Shown piece by piece: positions 59,401-64,000 of a stretch of DNA of 64,000 nt. Source of the DNA: Paraphysomonas bandaiensis (lineage: Eukaryota; Protista; Chrysophyceae); assembly GCA_965644295.1 (NCBI GenBank), contig CBFFRP010000434.1, positions 124,001 through 188,000 on the forward strand, in the 5' to 3' direction. Both the position numbers and the translations under genes were made by a program. The number at the start of each line of letters is the position of its first letter. The first letter of the stretch is position 1. The notes under the pieces were generated by a model that saw only the letters and a list, made by a program, of their open reading frames with translations, did not search any database and was not told the DNA's origin.

Positions 59401-61598
59401 ATGTCCTTCATACACTTTAACACTTCACTCCCAGTCTTGTTTTTCAACCCATAAGCCCATACATGTTTTGCATCACTGTGCTTGAATAGTAACACATGTT
59501 TGTAGCCTTCCATCGATGGCGTGTTTAGGACTTCCATCGTATCTGCACTGAGCACCCCTCTCTCCTTTGGGTTGTTGTCTAAGTTCATCAACTGGCGTGG
59601 AGTCCTGAAGTTCTTTCTCGTGAGTTTCGATCGCATGCAGGTATTACATTTGCATATCGTTTTTTTGTGTTTTTTTCTGAAATATTTCTTGTCCAGATTT
59701 ATTCCATCAACTAGGCCTCGGCGGTCGGACTCAGTCAGTTTATCATAGTTGACATGGCCAAGTCTTTTGTGCCATAGAATTCGCTGGTCATCAAACCCCT
59801 GCTCCTCAAGTGCTGCTGAGGATTCTTCTCCAAGCTGAAGTAAGTCTTCGAGTCGAACTGGATATAATCCATTAACACTTCTCTGTCTAATGAGTGTCTT
59901 GTTCGTAGTCTTATTTCGAATGACGACTTCATCATTATCGAACGTCACAACACAACCCCTATCTGTGATGCTCTTCATATCTACGAGGTTCTTACTTGCT
60001 TCAGGTGCGTAGTACACCTTTTTAAAGCTTCCTACATCGCCAACACTGTGTATTGACAGTTTACCTTTGTTCGCTGTGGACATCTGCCTATCAGCGCGCT
60101 GAAGGTTGGTCATGTGGTTTTTGGAGGTAAGGATCATCTTGTTGCACCCGCTGTCTAAATAAATAACATCTGACATGCTCTGTGCTAGATTCACCTCTTC
60201 TTCCACACATATCATCGATTCGTATCCCGCTTCATCTTCTGAATCATGTACAGACACTCGCGGTTTCTTCTTGTTCTTGTAGGGTGCCGTTTCCCTTCTA
60301 GAGTCTCGCCCCCGTTTAGAACTGACCACTGCAGCTTTAGCAGTCTTCAAGTGGAAGCAGTCTTTAGTCTGATGGCCTGGGATGTCACATATCTCACACA
60401 CAGGTAGCTTTGTTTTGTTATCACCCCTGTTTCTGTGATCTCTATCTTTTCTCTGTGATCTTGTCCCCTTCATCCTCTTTATGACATGCTCTGGAGTCTT
60501 GCACTCCCTAGCAAAGTGGCCAAGTTTCTTGCACTTATTGCATCTGCCCTTTCTCTTGTGCTCTTTCCATTTACTGTCATCCACTGCTTGATTGACACTG
60601 TCTTCCCCTGAATTTTGCAACGCATGCTTGCCGAATGATGTGTTTTCATACCCTTTGATTAGGCTGCTTGCTCTTGCGTATGTCACATCGTTTGCTGTAT
60701 ACAGGCTGTGTGCTAGTTGGGAATATCTCTTGTCTGTGAGACCTTCCTTTAGTCGAGTGAGCTTGTCGTCTTCCGTGACTTCACGACCTAGATTCTCGAG
60801 AATCTTGGCCTGGGCTTCAACGCTGTCGACGAACTCTGCTCCTGACTGACTTGAGGTAATCTTCATTGAATTGAACTTTGTGACCTCTGCCTGTACTGTA
60901 TTCTTTTCAACATTGAGAAATCTCTCTTCCAGTGCCTGTAGTAACCCTTTTGCTGTACTTCCTTCGTAGAGAGCCGCTGTTGTGCCTGCTTTTGGGTGAG
61001 CATTGCACACTTCCATCAGGAAGGAGTACGCGGTCTCGTTCCGGGTGTTCCAGAGTTTCTTCGCTTTGCGTAGTCGCTTCTTCTGTGCATCAGTCATATG
61101 AGCTCCCGCTGGGACTGTAGAGTCTAGATCATGAATGTGCCTTGGTTTATCCTTTGAGAGGACAAGATGAGCTCGATTGTGTCTCATGAGGAATGAGGTG
61201 AAGAACTTCTTGAATTTCTTGAAGTTCAGTTCCTCGAAGGGAGGTACCTTTGAGCCTGAGGCGACATTCGTGAAATTTCCATCCGCTGCCATATTAATTT
61301 ACGCTTTTAGTTAGTGCAATATTGACTGATTGATATTATAGGAGATATAGTAAGTTTATGATGTTGTAGCCCTGTGAGTTAGGAACCACGTCATTCACCA
61401 ACATCAACATTCTGTTCTACAAATCATATCTTTAACAGCTACTATATTTTCAGTTTCTTTGTATACTTGTAATAGCTACTCCTATACTGTAGTCATGTAT
61501 ATTCTGTATTTCATTGCTACATAGAATACAGGATAACTACTAGCGATTGACTTTACCAAACTTCAAGTACGCACGTAGGAGTTGGTTGTAGTTCAATA
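56420..61598 (-). mobile_element. Ty1/copia LTR retrotransposon, family B; intact
   Basis: 307-bp LTRs (56420-56726, 61292-61598), identical by eye; TSD GCATT (56415-56419, 61599-61603); PBS TGGCAGCGG (tRNA-Leu-like); PPT GAGTGGGAG. Confidence 0.96.
56775..61292 (-). CDS. Copia B Gag-Pol polyprotein (1505 aa, intact)
   Basis: CNKCKKLGHFAREC, YLDSGC, WHKRLGH..CNTC, HADGAGE, LSER, KVRLVAKG, LDVETAF, KSLYGLKQ, YVDD, SDADWAGD, RSKHI, ADVMTK. Confidence 0.97.
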   Translation of the reverse strand: MAADGNFTNVASGSKVPPFEELNFKKFKKFFTSFLMRHNRAHLVLSKDKPRHIHDLDSTVPAGAHMTDAQKKRLRKAKKLWNTRNETAYSFLMEVCNAHPKAGTTAALYEGSTAKGLLQALEERFLNVEKNTVQAEVTKFNSMKITSSQSGAEFVDSVEAQAKILENLGREVTEDDKLTRLKEGLTDKRYSQLAHSLYTANDVTYARASSLIKGYENTSFGKHALQNSGEDSVNQAVDDSKWKEHKRKGRCNKCKKLGHFARECKTPEHVIKRMKGTRSQRKDRDHRNRGDNKTKLPVCEICDIPGHQTKDCFHLKTAKAAVVSSKRGRDSRRETAPYKNKKKPRVSVHDSEDEAGYESMICVEEEVNLAQSMSDVIYLDSGCNKMILTSKNHMTNLQRADRQMSTANKGKLSIHSVGDVGSFKKVYYAPEASKNLVDMKSITDRGCVVTFDNDEVVIRNKTTNKTLIRQRSVNGLYPVRLEDLLQLGEESSAALEEQGFDDQRILWHKRLGHVNYDKLTESDRRGLVDGINLDKKYFRKKHKKTICKCNTCMRSKLTRKNFRTPRQLMNLDNNPKERGVLSADTMEVLNTPSMEGYKHVLLFKHSDAKHVWAYGLKNKTGSEVLKCMKDMVETQLVKEGLQLRRYHADGAGELVGQHVRQYLRETTSTRTVQVTWTPRDTPEMNSLSERTNRTVKEMALAILLDSGMPSVFWFKAVLHAVYLINRLPTKTTKGYISPFEYITGTAPDVSDLKIWGCKAWAIVPKEQRRKEWKEKGKPGYYMGQCQQPVGHQIYIPDLNAIIVAVNAQFDESIPERSQEYFDEIDNLQIDTSETAESVNDYQYLVGLRHLDGHLCYVTTRVIERRGVIVAYRRLDMKGNTTEEQTPIHIKDVVKMTHSTKCQTDKFNSLRNELDQTCNDSDNEQRTPDRSNRGASSTGGADRNPRTEKRPRKKRHIVNVGVLGDVSLFLDSSNSTIKEPQTLAEAKKTPQRTYWIEATRKEVHKLERRTCWKIVRRPKHRKIIKSKLVFKVKRDHLGKIKKFKVRLVAKGFTQEQGVDYNETFSPVAKGVSFRLALALALRYNLQLRQLDVETAFPYADLDEDVFMSPPAGIDIPQGCCLKILKSLYGLKQAPRNWHSMLKDSIKAMGYKQCVLDPCLFVLKGTDDNLHMILVYVDDIIVLSSDSRHIEEVISAFKTQYAMQDMGDLKHYLGLTIERHNGQIKLHQSAYAKDVVARFNHLLSEKKRRCKATTPLPPGLKLSKDAKEEETRKQREYVDAFPYQSVIGALMYLAVHTRPDMAYTVNLLSRFTTRPTYAACQAALHTLLYLENTVDQGIIFPNFTDEDPLCVYSDADWAGDLDTCRSTTGYIVYLWGAPIAWQSRLQPTVATSTMEAEYMAAYAAIQEIVWIRGVMTELGIRGFELSKNASPTILNMDSKSAIDLAQNPVNHKRSKHIRIKYHWIREQVGGCIVRLNHVPTAEMTADVMTKALSEKLHYQHVHTMVSH

Positions 61599-62334
61599 GC
61601 ATTTCTAAGAATGCAATAATTATTAATTCAAATACTTCAAGCAATATTTGTGTAACATCTGGTGGTAATCTGTTCTCCTTCCCATCTCTTTAATAAGGAG
61701 AAGCGGAATAAGGAAGGGCACGTATCTAAACTTTAGACTTAAGATTATAAAGTATATATCCTGTAATCCTGCTGCACAAATATAGAACACTTGTGACTGG
61801 GCGAGCAGATACTTCAAATAATAATTTTTAATAAACGTAATGATGACTCTACTGATTATGGTTTAGAAGATGAGTATGAGGAAAATTAGTATAGCTAAGT
61901 AGAATGTAATCTTTGCTTGGCAGCAGTGTTAACAGTTTGCATTAGAGGGTATAGGGTATAGGGTTATGTCAGTTTTGTCAATGGACGATGTGCAGCTAAG
62001 AATTGTGTGTGTTTCAGAAGTATGATGACTACTTGAGTAAATCTAGACCAAATATAACGTTTATTTTTTATTATACTAGATGATATGCCTAACAAGTTGT
62101 ACGTAATAAATTCATTGTTCTGACGTTGACCTTACAAACTCATTGAATTTATATGTTGTACAATTATTATGATTCTAAAGATGTGATATATAGTCCTCTA
62201 GTATTAAGTACTGCACATACCAAAAGTACATTCCCCCTATACTATCTTATATTGTCAGTTCATTGAATAGAGAACACTCACCGACGGTGCAATTAGTTTC
62301 TTTGTGATTGTTTTAGCAGCACTAATTCTCACCC

Positions 62335-62545
62335 ACAACCCCTGCACAAGTGGAAATGCCATGGTGCCGCATCCGCCAGCTACTTCTCTGCCTCAGGCCC
62401 AACTCGCGGCCTGCGCCATCTCCAGACACGCCGGAATCCGCGGGCTCTTCGCTTACTGGGTGTATATATACAAAGAGGAGACCTAGCTTACCCCACACGT
62501 CCACCTCTCCACAATCCCTGCACAAGTGGAAACGCCATGTGCTTT
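62335..62545 (+). mobile_element. Short LINE C-terminal remnant
   Basis: RRNPRALRLLGV resembles RQRPRVLRLLGV of family 1; bracketed by the direct repeat ccctgcacaagtggaaa(t/c)gccatg, also partly seen at ~1795. Confidence 0.5.
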
Positions 62546-62965
62546 TTATTATTGATGCACTCTATATATTTGAAAGGTTTGAAGCATTTAACGACGTGTT
62601 TCGTACCCCAGGTAAATTCATGGTGTTTCCAGTGACGGGCAAATAATTGCTAGTGCTGTGTACAGATAAAATGATTCATAGCATATAGAGTTGAGGGTGC
62701 GTATGGTCAGTATCACTCTTTCTTTCTTATCTACTATAACATCCAAATTGTGTGTACTGTGGCATCACTTCAGTATTGACTTTACAATTTTCCTACATGT
62801 ATGTTTTCTTTGTAAATTAATTCGAATTACTACTATTCATTACATCATGTACTACTAGCGATGACACGTCTCTATATGACAACGTTATCATATTTCTACT
62901 AACTACCAACAATCCAATACAATCAGTACATGACATGACTTTCGCACGCACAGAATCCAACCATA

Positions 62966-63395
62966 TCACCCTGCCTTGTACAAGCATATCGCCGTCTTTC
63001 CAATATAAAAGAAAATGAAATGTTTGGATTCATGAGTAACAAATGCTCTGAAGTCACTGCCAACTATACAATGCCATGTAGGTCCATACTTCTGGTCAAA
63101 AAATGTCTGTATATAATTTGAATGATTAAAGTGTTCAGAGCAACTACTCGAAACAAAGCAAACCTTGATGTGCTTTGAAATATCTTTCTCTTCAGGATTA
63201 GCTTCCAAAGCAACTCCCGCAACATTCATCGCATCGTTTCGCATTTCTCCGTGAATTCCATGATCATCCACTGTATGAATTACCAATAAATAGCCATTAA
63301 ACGAGACGTGCATACACATTCAGTTGATACATACTGTCGCAAATCATTTTCCCGCCTGGTCCGCCTCCTCCACTAGATGTCGTCGCGCTTGCCAT
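62966..63395 (-). CDS. Dynein light chain, LC8 family; 3 exons
   Basis: EKDISKHIK/TFFDQKYGPTWHCIVGSDF..VTHE..HFIFFY.G..AICLYKAG. Confidence 0.92.
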
Positions 63396-64000
63396 ATTAG
63401 AATCAAAAGAATGTGTAGATGTTGCACAGGTATTAGGAGCTCACTCTATTCACAATATCTACCTGGTTGTATGATTTAAGGAGGTGTAAACGATAGCAGT
63501 ACAGTATCACCTACAGACCTCCACATATAACGGCACACCTCCACAGTGTGATGCATAGTATACTGCCTGTATACAGCAGTACACATATACGACATGCGTA
63601 TACACATACTAACTGCACCACAGCAACAGTTGAAACTGCCCTCCTCTGTACAATCTGCTGATGAGGCTTTCTGATTTTGACCTCACGATCGAACCAATCA
63701 GATCGAAGAAACGAGCGTACATAACAACTATAAAACCCCTTATTTTTAGTATATACTGTACAGAGTGCAGTGCATAAAAATCCATGATATTATTACCTCC
63801 TGCTGGAGAGATACAGTATGAGGACAGGCACGTACACTGTACTGGGCATTCAATGTACACCAGCTTATCGGAACAGTGCTATATAGTGGAGCGAGTTAAA
63901 CTAAATCTTGTTGTTAAAGGGCTGGATGAAAGAAATAGATGAAAAAACAGTATCTTTCGAAGTGTAGGGTTCTCACGAAGATATAAGCATCGGCGAGGCT

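Noticed and set aside
46596-61120. Many short antisense or alternate-frame ORFs over real genes and TEs
   Set aside because: Shadows of longer, motif-bearing ORFs with no independent support.
61942-61966. Telomere-like agggtatagggtatagggtta
   Set aside because: Only about three imperfect units; too short to support.

Overview
Eukaryotic nuclear DNA with short GT-AG introns. The standard genetic code translates the ORFs normally. The organism is probably a flagellated stramenopile such as a chrysophyte (inferred from DRC7, dynein LC8, TOP6A and a 7TM-kinase fusion). About 14 host genes alternate with dense transposon islands. The main result is a young, TSD-flanked 9.4-kb non-LTR retrotransposon (6288-15682). 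Its ~3000-aa polyprotein (two frameshifts in this assembly) reads OTU-like cysteine protease, SET domain, APE endonuclease, RT, RNase H, CCHC knuckle, so this LINE appears to carry two chromatin/ubiquitin-modifying enzyme domains. It sits in a three-level nest: LINE inside the 5' LTR of an intact Copia, inside a solo LTR of a second Copia family. Other contents: a structured 3' tail shared by 8 LINE/SINE copies, a probable SINE, a second intact Copia with identical TA...TA LTRs, a conserved extra domain after both Copia integrases, a palindromic tRNA-Gln duplication, long (TATG)n arrays between divergent gene pairs, a 7-repeat Myb gene and a helical-repeat protein. All domain calls come from reading motifs by eye; no searches were run.
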